A model generated the notes under the pieces. That model made no database searches. It saw only the letters and a program-made list of their open reading frames with translations, and was not told where the DNA came from. A stretch of 64,000 bases of DNA from Cytophagaceae bacterium (GTDB lineage: Bacteria; Bacteroidota; Bacteroidia; Cytophagales; Spirosomataceae). Positions within the stretch are counted from its first letter, which is position 1, and each line of letters opens with the position of its first letter. This document shows, piece after piece, positions 41,919 through 53,666 of the stretch. The stretch is taken from contig CANLVU010000001.1 in the NCBI GenBank assembly GCA_947494535.1, positions 2,012 to 66,011 on the forward strand. Direction: 5' to 3'. A program made the position numbers and the translations under genes.

Positions 41919-42782
41919 ATGAGCACAAACAATATCAGAATTGCTGTACAGAAATCAGGACGTTTAAGTGACGATTCTTTAAAGTTGTTTAAAGAGTGTG
42001 GAATTAAATTTGAATCAGGGGGTTCTAAGCTTCGTTCTATATCAAGCAACTTCCCTATTGAATTTTTATTCTTACGCGATGACGATATTCCTGGTTATGT
42101 GGAAGATGGAGTTGCTGATTTAGGCGTAGTAGGCCTAAATGTATTAATGGAACATACCCGAAAAGTAGCTATTGTAAAAGAATTAGGCTTTTCTAAATGC
42201 CGTTTGTCGCTTGCAATTCCTCGCGGTGAAAACTATACGGATTTAAAACAATTCCAAGGGAAAAGTATTGCTACTTCCTACCCAAATTTGACGAATCAAT
42301 TTTTACTAAAAAATGGAGTTAAGGCCGAAATGCACGAAATCTCTGGATCGGTAGAAATTGCACCTTCTATCGGACTCGCAGAAGGCATTTGCGATATCGT
42401 ATCCACAGGGGGAACTCTTCTAAGCAATGGATTAAAAGAAGTAGCAACCGTATTCGAGAGTCAAGCAGTAATGATCTCTAACCAATCTTTATCAGCTGAG
42501 AAGAAGAGCAATTTAGAGAAATTACTATTTAGAATAGATTCGGTTCAAAGAGGACAAAATGCGAAATACGTTGTATTAAATGTACAAGAGCAAAATATTG
42601 AAAAAGTGACAGCCTTATTACCAGGCATGAAATCTCCTTCCGTATTACCATTAGCAACCAAAGGCTGGTTCTCTTTACATTCTGTCATTGAAGAAAATGA
42701 TTTTTGGAATATCATCGAAAACCTACGCGATTCAGGGGCTGAAGGTATTTTAGTCTTACCAATTGAAAAAATGATTCTTTAA
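41919..42782 (+). CDS. hisG: ATP phosphoribosyltransferase (long form)
   Basis: AVQKSGRL, RDDDIP, ATSYP, GSVEIAP and DIVSTG motifs. Confidence 0.97.
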   Translation: MSTNNIRIAVQKSGRLSDDSLKLFKECGIKFESGGSKLRSISSNFPIEFLFLRDDDIPGYVEDGVADLGVVGLNVLMEHTRKVAIVKELGFSKCRLSLAIPRGENYTDLKQFQGKSIATSYPNLTNQFLLKNGVKAEMHEISGSVEIAPSIGLAEGICDIVSTGGTLLSNGLKEVATVFESQAVMISNQSLSAEKKSNLEKLLFRIDSVQRGQNAKYVVLNVQEQNIEKVTALLPGMKSPSVLPLATKGWFSLHSVIEENDFWNIIENLRDSGAEGILVLPIEKMIL

Positions 42783-42784
42783 TC

Positions 42785-44047
42785 ATGTTTACACAGATCA
42801 ATTATCCTTCTCGTTCAGATTATTCAGCTATTTGTCAGCGTCCTGCTTTAGAACAAGGACAATTAGATGCGTTAATTACGGATGTTTTCAGTCTAGTTAA
42901 AGCGAAGGGCGATCAAGCCTTGCGTGATTTAACAGCTAACTACGAGAAAAGAGTGATTACAGATATTCTGTATAGTGCAGAACAAATTGATGAATTAGCA
43001 GCTCAAACGGGTGTAGAACTGCAAAAGGCTATCGATCACGCCTATGCAAATATTTATGCCTTTCACGCGGCCCAAAAATTGGTCCCGACTAAAATAGAAG
43101 TAAACCCTGGTGTTCTATGTTGGCAAAAAGCCACAGGTATTGATAAAGTAGGAATCTATATTCCTGGAGGAACTGCTCCCCTATTTTCGACGGTATTGAT
43201 GTTAGCTATACCTGCTCGAATTGCAGAATGCAAAGAAGTAGTTCTTTGTACGCCAGCAGTTCACCCAGCGATCTTTTATGCTGCGAAATTATGCGGTGTA
43301 ACTAAGATGGCGAAAGTAGGTGGTTCTCAAGCCATTGCAGCCTTGAGTTTAGGGACGGAAAGTGTACCGGCAGTTTATAAAATATTTGGTCCAGGAAACC
43401 AATATGTGACAGCAGCTAAAATGTATGCGAACCGAATAGGTATTGCCATCGATATGCCAGCTGGCCCATCAGAAGTAGCTGTTTATGCTGACGAAACAGC
43501 AAATCCGGCATATATCGCTTCAGATTTGTTATCGCAAGCAGAACATGGGGCAGATTCTCAGGTAATATTAATTAGTACCTCATCTGCCATTTTGGAGCAA
43601 TCTATAGCTGAAATCACTACCCAATTAGCCGAATTACCTAGAAAAGATCTAGCTGAAAAAGCCTTAGCTAATTCTAAGTTCGTTCTAGTGAATACTTCAG
43701 CAGAAGCTATTGACTTATTAAACGAATACGCGGCTGAACACTTGATTTTAGCCTGTGACAATGCGGAAAGTTTTTCACAACACATTCGCAATGCAGGATC
43801 TATTTTCTTAGGGCATTATACTCCTGAATCTGCAGGTGATTATGCCTCAGGAACAAATCATACCTTGCCAACCAATGGATTTGCAAGAGCTTATTCAGGT
43901 GTAAATCTGGATTCCTTTACGAAGAAAATCACCTTGCAGTCTATTTCGAAACAAGGATTAGAAGCTTTAGGGAAAACCATCATAGATATGGCTGAAGCGG
44001 AATCTTTACAGGCGCACGCAAATGCAGTTAAAATTAGAATCAACTAA
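42785..44047 (+). CDS. hisD: Histidinol dehydrogenase
   Basis: YIPGGTA, GPGNQYV, DMPAGPSEV, QAEH and GDYASGTNHTLPT motifs. Confidence 0.98.
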   Translation: MFTQINYPSRSDYSAICQRPALEQGQLDALITDVFSLVKAKGDQALRDLTANYEKRVITDILYSAEQIDELAAQTGVELQKAIDHAYANIYAFHAAQKLVPTKIEVNPGVLCWQKATGIDKVGIYIPGGTAPLFSTVLMLAIPARIAECKEVVLCTPAVHPAIFYAAKLCGVTKMAKVGGSQAIAALSLGTESVPAVYKIFGPGNQYVTAAKMYANRIGIAIDMPAGPSEVAVYADETANPAYIASDLLSQAEHGADSQVILISTSSAILEQSIAEITTQLAELPRKDLAEKALANSKFVLVNTSAEAIDLLNEYAAEHLILACDNAESFSQHIRNAGSIFLGHYTPESAGDYASGTNHTLPTNGFARAYSGVNLDSFTKKITLQSISKQGLEALGKTIIDMAEAESLQAHANAVKIRIN

Positions 44048-44049
44048 AT

Positions 44050-45102
44050 ATGAATTTTGAAAACTTCATATTACCCCATATTTGGAACCTGAAACCTTAT
44101 TCATCAGCTAGAGATGAATTTAAGGGTAAAGAGGGCATATTTTTAGATGCGAATGAGAATCCAGTAGGTTCTGGAGTTCCCGAAAAATGGAATCGTTATC
44201 CGGATCCTTTACAATTAGCCATTAAAGAACAAATAGCTACTATTAAATCCTGCTCAACTGATCAAATATTTCTAGGGAATGGATCAGATGAGGCGATTGA
44301 TTTAATCATGCGTATGATTTGTCAATCGGGTGTGCATAATATTATTTTATGCCCTCCTACCTATGGAATGTATGAGGTGAGTGCCTCGATTAATCACATC
44401 GAACAGCGCAAGGTTAGTCTAACGAAGCAGTATCAATTAGATGTAGAAGGTATTTTACAAACGGTGGATGAAAATACACGATTGTTATTCCTTTGTTCGC
44501 CTAATAATCCGACTGGAAATAAATTGAAACGTTCTGATATATATGCGCTAATTGAATCATTTAAATCAGGGTTTGTTATCATTGATGAAGCCTACATAGA
44601 TTTTTCTGATGAGCCTAGTTTTGTTTTAGAATTAACCAAGTATCCCCAGGTTATCGTGATGCAGACGCTTTCCAAAGCATATGGTCTCGCATCGCTTCGT
44701 CTAGGCATGGCTTTTGCACATCCCACCATCATTAGCTTGTTGAATAAGATTAAACCACCTTATAATATTGGAGGAGCGACACAAGAGATTGTTTACAAGG
44801 CTCTAGCGAATCTTTCCTTTAAGGAAGAATCCGTTCAATTGATATTATCCGAGCGTACTCGCCTCATAAATTCGCTACAAGAAATGGCAGAAGTTATTCA
44901 GATTTACCCATCAGATGCTAACTTCCTATTAGTACATTTTAAGCGTGCAACTGATTTATTTAACTATTTGATAGAGGCCAAATTGATCACTAGAAACCGT
45001 AGTTCTGTATCCTTGTGTGAAGATTCTATACGTATTACGATTGGTATGTCAGAAGAAAACGATAAATTAGTTAATCTAATCACCCAATTCTATTCGGCTT
45101 AG
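44050..45102 (+). CDS. hisC: Histidinol-phosphate aminotransferase
   Basis: LDANENP, NRYPDP, GNGSDE, CSPNNPTGN and TLSKAYGLA motifs. Confidence 0.97.
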   Translation: MNFENFILPHIWNLKPYSSARDEFKGKEGIFLDANENPVGSGVPEKWNRYPDPLQLAIKEQIATIKSCSTDQIFLGNGSDEAIDLIMRMICQSGVHNIILCPPTYGMYEVSASINHIEQRKVSLTKQYQLDVEGILQTVDENTRLLFLCSPNNPTGNKLKRSDIYALIESFKSGFVIIDEAYIDFSDEPSFVLELTKYPQVIVMQTLSKAYGLASLRLGMAFAHPTIISLLNKIKPPYNIGGATQEIVYKALANLSFKEESVQLILSERTRLINSLQEMAEVIQIYPSDANFLLVHFKRATDLFNYLIEAKLITRNRSSVSLCEDSIRITIGMSEENDKLVNLITQFYSA

Positions 45103-45103
45103 T

Positions 45104-45625
45104 ATGTTCAAACGCCTGTATATTATCTTCATTCTAGTAGGTTGCCTAAGCCCGGTAAAGGCACAGATGAAAGATTGGGCAGCAGGATTTAGAGTGGGAG
45201 AACCCGGTGGATTTATGATTAAGAGGTATCTTCCGAGTGGTAGGAATGCAGTGGAATTCAATTTCGGAACCTATGGAGGGCTTTGGGGTACAAATCGCTC
45301 CTATCAAAATGGGAGTTTTCAAAATATTGGCTTTTCGATAAATGCCTTGTATCTATGGCATCGTCCCACACTACTAAATGCTGATTTACATTATTATTAT
45401 GGAGTTGGACCACAATTTGTATCAAGAAATCTCTTTTTAGATAATTCCATATTCCCAGAAACGAAACGAGGTTTAGGGGGTGCTGGAATAGCTGGATTAG
45501 AATATTTTCCTATTGACGCTCCTAATCTATCCTTTTTTGCGGAGCTTGGGATGTATTCAGAATTATTGCCTAATCCATTTTACCTACATATCCAAGGTGG
45601 TGTGGGTGTTAAAGTTAATTTTTAA
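45104..45625 (+). CDS. Small outer-membrane beta-barrel-like hypothetical protein
   Basis: Signal peptide, alternating amphipathic strands and terminal Phe (GVGVKVNF). Confidence 0.7.
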   Translation: MFKRLYIIFILVGCLSPVKAQMKDWAAGFRVGEPGGFMIKRYLPSGRNAVEFNFGTYGGLWGTNRSYQNGSFQNIGFSINALYLWHRPTLLNADLHYYYGVGPQFVSRNLFLDNSIFPETKRGLGGAGIAGLEYFPIDAPNLSFFAELGMYSELLPNPFYLHIQGGVGVKVNF

Positions 45626-45627
45626 AT

Positions 45628-45704
<77 letters not shown>

Positions 45705-46835
45705 TTACAAACGGTCTTTAAAGGACTCGTATCCGAACGATTTCAATAAATGAAATTGTTCTTGCCTATCTAATTTACCTATACTAGGCAAATTTACCCC
45801 ATTAAAAGTTGTAGTCTTCACCATCGTATAGTGAATCATATCTTCTAGGATAATCTCATCTCCTATTTGCAATTCCTTTTCGAAGGAGTAATCACCATAG
45901 AAATCACCAGCCAAACAAGTCATTCCTCCAAAACGATAAGTTGGCTTTCCTTTTTCTGGATCCGAATTAGCTCCTCTGATTCTAGGCTTGTAGGGCATTT
46001 CCAAAGTATCCGGCATGTGGGCTGCAAAGGATACATCTAAGATAGCAACCGTAATTCCGGCAGATTCCACAATATCTAAAACAGTAGATTTCAAAAAACC
46101 TGTTTGCCAGCCTACTGCAGAACCTGGTTCTAAGATAATCTGTAGATTAGGGTATTTTTGGCAAAAAACTTTTAACATTCCGATTAAATGGTCTACATCG
46201 TAATCTGCCCGAGTAATTAAGTGGCCACCGCCTAAATTCAACCATTTCAAGCTGGGTAATAAATCACCAAACTTCTCTTCAATCACGGCTAAGGTACGTT
46301 CTAAGACAAAGGAATCATTTTCACATAAGGTATGAGAATGTAATCCCTCTATTCCATCGGGCAAATCACCTAAATCAGAACGTCGAATTCCTAATCGAGA
46401 ACCAGCCACGCAGGGATTATACATATCGGTTTCCACTTCAGCATATTCTGGATTTATACGTAATCCGCAAGAAATACCGGCTGCGTGAGCCCGATCACTA
46501 TATTGGTGGTATTGATTCAGTGAATTAAAGGTGATATGACCTGCATAGGATGAAAGTTCTTCCCATTCCGACTCTAAATAGGCTGGAGAATAAACGTGAG
46601 GCTTTACTCCCATTTCCTCAGAAGCTAAACGCGCTTCGTGTAAGGAACTAGCAGTGGCTCCAGCTAAATACTGCTTAACTAATGGGAATTCGTGGTAAAA
46701 GGAGAAACCTTTCAATGCACAAATAATTTCAATGCCAGCCTCTAGTTGAACGCGTTTTAGGAGTTCAAGATTAGCTATCAATAAATCTTCCTCCAATACA
46801 TAACAAGGAGATGGAATCGAAGGATAGTAAGACAT
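45705..46835 (-). CDS. nspC: Carboxy(nor)spermidine decarboxylase
   Basis: PSPCYVL, ALKGF, LRINPE, PC..GSRLG, HTLCE, GGGH and HMPDTLEMPY motifs; start at ATG 46835. Confidence 0.95.
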   Translation of the reverse strand: MSYYPSIPSPCYVLEEDLLIANLELLKRVQLEAGIEIICALKGFSFYHEFPLVKQYLAGATASSLHEARLASEEMGVKPHVYSPAYLESEWEELSSYAGHITFNSLNQYHQYSDRAHAAGISCGLRINPEYAEVETDMYNPCVAGSRLGIRRSDLGDLPDGIEGLHSHTLCENDSFVLERTLAVIEEKFGDLLPSLKWLNLGGGHLITRADYDVDHLIGMLKVFCQKYPNLQIILEPGSAVGWQTGFLKSTVLDIVESAGITVAILDVSFAAHMPDTLEMPYKPRIRGANSDPEKGKPTYRFGGMTCLAGDFYGDYSFEKELQIGDEIILEDMIHYTMVKTTTFNGVNLPSIGKLDRQEQFHLLKSFGYESFKDRL

Positions 46836-46836
46836 C

Positions 46837-48051
46837 TTAATATTCGTGTGGTAAGGTGATATTGTGTTGCTCATCCCATGGTAATCCATGGATATTCAAC
46901 AACTCCATAAACGGATCGGGGTTAAATTCTTCTACATTAAATACCCCTGGAGCAAACCAAGATCCATCAATCATTAGAGAAGCCCCAATCATCGCAGGCA
47001 CGCCTGTGGTATAACTAACCCCTTGCGCTTGAACCTCTTTATAGCAATCTGCATGATGGCAGTTATTCCAAACATAATAAGTCGTATCCTTACCCTCTTT
47101 GATACCTTTAATTTGGCAACCGATGGAGGTTTGACCAGAATAATTCTCACCTAAGGTTCCTGGTTCAGGAAGAACTGCCTTTAAAAACTCTAAAGGAACG
47201 ATATCCATTCCATTGAACTTAATCGGTGCAATGGATGTCATACCCACATTTTGGAGTACTTCTAAGTGTGTCAAATACGCTTGACCGAAAGTCATCCAGA
47301 AACGTGCACGCTTTAACGTAGGAAAGTTCTTTGTTAAGGATTCTAATTCTTCGTGGTAAAGTACATAGGATTCTTTAGGTCCGATGTTTGGGTAATCTAT
47401 CGGTTTGTGAATCGACATAGGTTCAATCTCAATCCATTCACCGTTCTCCCAATATTTACCTTTTTGCGTAATTTCGCGAATATTAATTTCTGGGTTGAAA
47501 TTAGTGGCAAAGGCTTTTCCGTGGTCACCCGCATTACAATCGATAATATCCAAATAATGCATTTCATCGAAATAGTGCTTGTTCGCATAAGCTGTATACA
47601 CTCCCGTTACACCTGGGTCAAAACCACAGCCTAATAAAGCCATCAAACCTGCTTTCTTAAACTTGTCTTGATAAGCCCACTGCCACGAGTACTCGAATTT
47701 TGCTACATCTTTAGGCTCGTAATTGGCCGTATCTAAATAATGAACACCCGCCACTAAACAAGCATCCATTATAGTTAGGTCCTGATATGGTAAGGCTACA
47801 TTAATGACTAAAAAGGGCTTTTCTTCCTTGAACAATGCCACCAATTCAGGCACATTATCAGCGTCTACCTGACGTGTTTTTACTGCAGTAGGTAAACCTA
47901 TTGCAGCGCATTCAGCGGCAATGGCATCACATTTGGATAAAGTACGAGAGGCTAAAACAATTTCTGAAAAGGATGCAGGATTCATCGCACATTTTTTAAC
48001 GACTACATTCCCTACACCACCAGCACCAATAATTACAATTTTTTTAGACAT
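46837..48051 (-). CDS. Carboxy(nor)spermidine dehydrogenase (saccharopine dehydrogenase family)
   Basis: GAGGVG, NVALPYQDL, YLDTANYE, GFDPG and ATNFNPEINIRE motifs; adjacent to nspC. Confidence 0.93.
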   Translation of the reverse strand: MSKKIVIIGAGGVGNVVVKKCAMNPASFSEIVLASRTLSKCDAIAAECAAIGLPTAVKTRQVDADNVPELVALFKEEKPFLVINVALPYQDLTIMDACLVAGVHYLDTANYEPKDVAKFEYSWQWAYQDKFKKAGLMALLGCGFDPGVTGVYTAYANKHYFDEMHYLDIIDCNAGDHGKAFATNFNPEINIREITQKGKYWENGEWIEIEPMSIHKPIDYPNIGPKESYVLYHEELESLTKNFPTLKRARFWMTFGQAYLTHLEVLQNVGMTSIAPIKFNGMDIVPLEFLKAVLPEPGTLGENYSGQTSIGCQIKGIKEGKDTTYYVWNNCHHADCYKEVQAQGVSYTTGVPAMIGASLMIDGSWFAPGVFNVEEFNPDPFMELLNIHGLPWDEQHNITLPHEY

Positions 48052-48070
48052 AGCATTTTAAAAAGAATTG

Positions 48071-48078
48071 CAAAAATA
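48071..48078 (-). promoter_or_regulatory. -7 element TATTTTTG for the polyamine operon
   Basis: TAnnTTTG on the minus strand 19 nt upstream of the start. Confidence 0.6.
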
Positions 48079-48102
48079 GCACATCAATGCCTAAAAACCA
48101 TA

Positions 48103-48591
48103 TTAATTTTTAAATGGGCGTATTATTTTAACGATTCGATCAAGCCAAAACTTTTGGTACAACAAATCTTCTCTAACGCCATATGTGGTACTAGCGTGAA
48201 TAAAACTAATAGCGGGACGCTCTTTGGTCACTAAACCTACGTGATTAATAAGTCCTACCTTTCCTGTAGCAAAAAACACCCAATCACCTAATTGTACATC
48301 CCTTAATCTAATTTCCTCTCCAAATTTAACTTGATCTGAAGATACCCTTGGAATCGAAAAATCATTCAAAGCATAAGCCTTAAAAAGCAGACCTGAACAA
48401 TCCATACCCCTCTTATCCATCCCTCCTGTTCGATACGGTACACCTTTGAATCTCTTGGCTTCCTTAATAATATTCTTGATTTCAGAAGAACTATAATAGG
48501 ATGTGCCTGAACGATGGAATATCCGTTTAACGAAAGAGCATGAGTCTAATAAGACAATCAATAGGCCAAAAATGAGTAAACGTTTATACAT
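48103..48591 (-). CDS. NlpC/P60 (C40) peptidase lipoprotein
   Basis: Lipobox LDSC; GVPY..GG, DCSG, HVG and FIHAS motifs. Confidence 0.92.
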   Translation of the reverse strand: MYKRLLIFGLLIVLLDSCSFVKRIFHRSGTSYYSSSEIKNIIKEAKRFKGVPYRTGGMDKRGMDCSGLLFKAYALNDFSIPRVSSDQVKFGEEIRLRDVQLGDWVFFATGKVGLINHVGLVTKERPAISFIHASTTYGVREDLLYQKFWLDRIVKIIRPFKN

Positions 48592-51500
48592 CGATCAATT
48601 CTCCAGTTTCTAAATAAATTAAAACACCTTTTGTCACCTGGTAACCCATGTCGACTAAGGTTTGCTTGTAACGATTGATTTGATCATGATGTTCCGGCTT
48701 TTGTTTACCCGTTTTAAAGTCAATCACCTGCAAAGCCTCACCTATTTTATTCACCCGGTCTGGTCGAATAATCTTTCCATCGGGACATAATAAATCTACT
48801 TCTTTAAACGCTAATACATCCTTCGCAAAAAATGAACGAACCTTCTCAGATTCAAAAAGTGTTTCTAAAGTCGCTAAGTCTAGTTTGGATTTTGCCCTTA
48901 CATACGGCCAAGCCTCCATATCAGGCAATTGGGCTAATATATCATGTAATTGATTACCAATTTCCCGCTTTTGAGAAGCCGCTGTATACAAATCTGCTTT
49001 TGCAGAATTAACACGAAGGGTAATAGGTGAAACTGCCTTTCCTAATGATATATGTATATTTTTGTCCAAATTTGAAGAAGTGAGACGATCTAATGACGGG
49101 ATTACCTCAATAGTAGAAAAAGAATAATACGATGAAATCCATTCCGTTTCTGTTTGCAAATAAAGAGGCAAATCGACTAATTCTCCATTTGATTGTGCAT
49201 ACTCATAGAGTAATCTCCCGACTGAATTTTCATAGGTAGAAAGTGTTCTTGAATGCAAATCCATATCCGGCACCGTTAAAAGAAGATGCAATGATTGCTT
49301 TGGTCGAGTAGTAGCCACATACAACATGTTCAACGCATCTAAAAAAATTGCCTCTTTTTCTTTTAAAGTTTGCTGTACTAAATCAGGAAATGCCAAAACC
49401 TCCGTAGCATTCACCCGTCCATATATATGCTGTAAACGCAAATCCTCACCCATCTCTAAATCCTCAGACACCTGATCTCCTAGTTCAAACCAAATCTTCT
49501 CTGAATCAGCCTGAAATGTCCAATTAACAAAAGGCAGGATAACAACCGGATATTCTAATCCTTTTGACTTGTGAATACTCGATATAGTCACTGCATCGAC
49601 TTGATTTGAACTTGAAATACAATAGGAATTTCGATTTTGGTTAAAATGCTGTAAGAAACCAGCTACCAGTTTGTCCTTTAATAAGACATATTCATTCAAG
49701 ACATCTAAAAACTTCCAAAGGTATTCTTGACCAGAAAATACATTCAAAAGATCAAAAGTAGAAACCAAATCATAGACCCAATGCAATAAATCAGAAAAAG
49801 CGGGAACCTCAACACGCTTCGTTTGGAAATACAATAAAGAATTTTCAAAGGCAGAATCTCCACCTAATTGATCAACAAATGCTAAATCAGCTGAAGAAAC
49901 CTCCTGTCCCATTAATTCAGCATATTGATAAATCAGTTCATACAAATAAAGTGTCTCCTTAGGTTCCTCATACAAGGCTAAATAAGATAAAATAAATCCG
50001 ACTACAGGTGAATAATGAACTAATAAAGAATCTGAAGATATAACTGGGATTCCCTCCTCTTTTAAACGCAAAGCTAAATAACGAGAATGCTTATTCTTGC
50101 GTGTTAAAATAGCCAAATCTTGGTACCTGAATCCGATACTTCGATTATGCCGAATCAAATTCACCACCTGCTCAAACATAAACTCGTTTTCGGGTTCAGT
50201 AAAACCAAAATTCTCTTTGGACTTGTGATACACTAGTAAGTCTACCTTACCATTAGACTGCGAAGGAGCTACCTTTGGATTTTGCGTTAAATTCTGGCCG
50301 TACAGTGGCTTAATTAAAGGACATATCTGAAGCAAAGATTCATTCTCAACTAAAGAACCGTAAAATTGATTATTGAATTCTACCACTTCGATGGCACTGC
50401 GGTAATTATCATTTAGAGCCTTAGGTCCTATTTGATTTAATAAATAGTCAAAGCGCTGTTCATCCAATGATTGATCCGCAAAATGAGAAGAAACAAGAGA
50501 GCGATCCTGAGTCGCTAAAGAAGCAATTAAACTCACCTCTCCACCTCTAAACTTGTAAATCGATTGTTTAGCGTCACCCACTAACAAACTTTGTTTACCT
50601 ACTGAAGTCGCATTTTCGACCAAGGGCATAAAGTTTTTCCATTGCAAAATAGACGTATCCTGAAATTCATCTATAAAAATATGGAAATAACGATCACCTA
50701 ACTTTTCATAAATAAAAGGAATTGGATCCTGTGAAATCACCTCATACACCCGCTTAGAGAATTCCAATATAGGAATAGCTGAATTTTCTTGTTGATAAGC
50801 GCGCATTTCACGCTGGATCAGATTTAATAAAGCAAGCTTCTTCAAATCCTTCAAAACCCAATGCAAGAATCGGTAACGTTTCCAATAAAGGGATTGCAAT
50901 TCAATAAATTGACTACCCAATTCTCCTAATTCAGTGGCATGTTGTTCAATAGTAGCCTCATCAGCTCCAGTCGCTTTAGCTGAGGTCCAAGTATTTCCTT
51001 CAATCGCTTTTTTAAAATTCGAATAAGACTTATCAGCAATCTCTGGTTTTTTGATAAAAGTTCGAATATTACCCACAGGACCCGTTGCTCCATAATAATA
51101 GAAGGCATCCGGGTAACCCAGGCCATCAATAATCTGAATAAAAGAATCCGCCACCGTTATGACCTCTTGAAGCATGTTTTGGAGCGAGGTTCGTAATTGA
51201 TTTTCTAAACGAAGAAAATCATTAACCTGAAAATGGGCTAAATGCGGTTCAATCGGTAAAAATTTCTCTTCTAAAGAAATCTTCAAAAATCCGTGCAAAC
51301 TATCTCTCATTCGATTCCAATTCCGCCCTTCTACTACCTCTTGATTAGCAAAAGACAGAATTAATGTACTAAGTTCCTGATCACCTGTACTATTTACTTG
51401 ATCTAATAGTCGATTAATTAAGTCATGAATCAATCCATTCGAATCTAATAACACTTCATATTGACTTGGAAGATTTAATTCAACCACAAAGGAGGCGCTA

Positions 51501-51907
51501 AGCCTTTGTACGAAGGAATCAATGGTCATAACGGAGAATAAGCCATAATCCTGAAGGATTTGTTGCAAAGTAGTAGCGGCTCGACCAGCTAAACTATCTT
51601 TATCTAAAATAATCCCCTCATCGGCTAGTTCTGTTTGAATTTTTTCAAAAACAGCTAGAATTTTCTCTTGTTCAGAAGTAGAAGTATGGAGAAAGGAGGG
51701 ATAATCTGCCATTCCTGCTAAAAAATGCAAAATTCTTTGGCGCATTTCTTCCGCTGCCTTAATGGTAAAAGTCACAGCTAAAATTCGACGGAAATATCCC
51801 TTAGTTTCCACCTCACAGAGCGCCATCTTGATATACTCAATGGTCAAGGTATAGGTTTTACCTGATCCCGCTGAGGCTGAAAAGAGGGTAATTTGTTGAG
51901 GTTTCAT
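48584..51907 (-). CDS. addA: AddA/RecB-like UvrD helicase-nuclease
   Basis: ASAGSGKT, TFTIKAAEEM, DEFQDTS, VGDAKQSIYKFRG, IHKSKGLE and YVATTR; C-terminal RPDR..IDFKTG..Q..Y nuclease. Confidence 0.88.
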   Translation of the reverse strand: MKPQQITLFSASAGSGKTYTLTIEYIKMALCEVETKGYFRRILAVTFTIKAAEEMRQRILHFLAGMADYPSFLHTSTSEQEKILAVFEKIQTELADEGIILDKDSLAGRAATTLQQILQDYGLFSVMTIDSFVQRLSASFVVELNLPSQYEVLLDSNGLIHDLINRLLDQVNSTGDQELSTLILSFANQEVVEGRNWNRMRDSLHGFLKISLEEKFLPIEPHLAHFQVNDFLRLENQLRTSLQNMLQEVITVADSFIQIIDGLGYPDAFYYYGATGPVGNIRTFIKKPEIADKSYSNFKKAIEGNTWTSAKATGADEATIEQHATELGELGSQFIELQSLYWKRYRFLHWVLKDLKKLALLNLIQREMRAYQQENSAIPILEFSKRVYEVISQDPIPFIYEKLGDRYFHIFIDEFQDTSILQWKNFMPLVENATSVGKQSLLVGDAKQSIYKFRGGEVSLIASLATQDRSLVSSHFADQSLDEQRFDYLLNQIGPKALNDNYRSAIEVVEFNNQFYGSLVENESLLQICPLIKPLYGQNLTQNPKVAPSQSNGKVDLLVYHKSKENFGFTEPENEFMFEQVVNLIRHNRSIGFRYQDLAILTRKNKHSRYLALRLKEEGIPVISSDSLLVHYSPVVGFILSYLALYEEPKETLYLYELIYQYAELMGQEVSSADLAFVDQLGGDSAFENSLLYFQTKRVEVPAFSDLLHWVYDLVSTFDLLNVFSGQEYLWKFLDVLNEYVLLKDKLVAGFLQHFNQNRNSYCISSSNQVDAVTISSIHKSKGLEYPVVILPFVNWTFQADSEKIWFELGDQVSEDLEMGEDLRLQHIYGRVNATEVLAFPDLVQQTLKEKEAIFLDALNMLYVATTRPKQSLHLLLTVPDMDLHSRTLSTYENSVGRLLYEYAQSNGELVDLPLYLQTETEWISSYYSFSTIEVIPSLDRLTSSNLDKNIHISLGKAVSPITLRVNSAKADLYTAASQKREIGNQLHDILAQLPDMEAWPYVRAKSKLDLATLETLFESEKVRSFFAKDVLAFKEVDLLCPDGKIIRPDRVNKIGEALQVIDFKTGKQKPEHHDQINRYKQTLVDMGYQVTKGVLIYLETGELIDV

Positions 51908-51911
51908 CTAA

Positions 51912-53660
<1,749 letters not shown>

Positions 53661-53666
53661 ACAATC

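Noticed and set aside
48584-51907. Helicase-nuclease as an anti-phage defence system
   Set aside because: Motifs and housekeeping context fit AddA; addB being elsewhere is not unusual.
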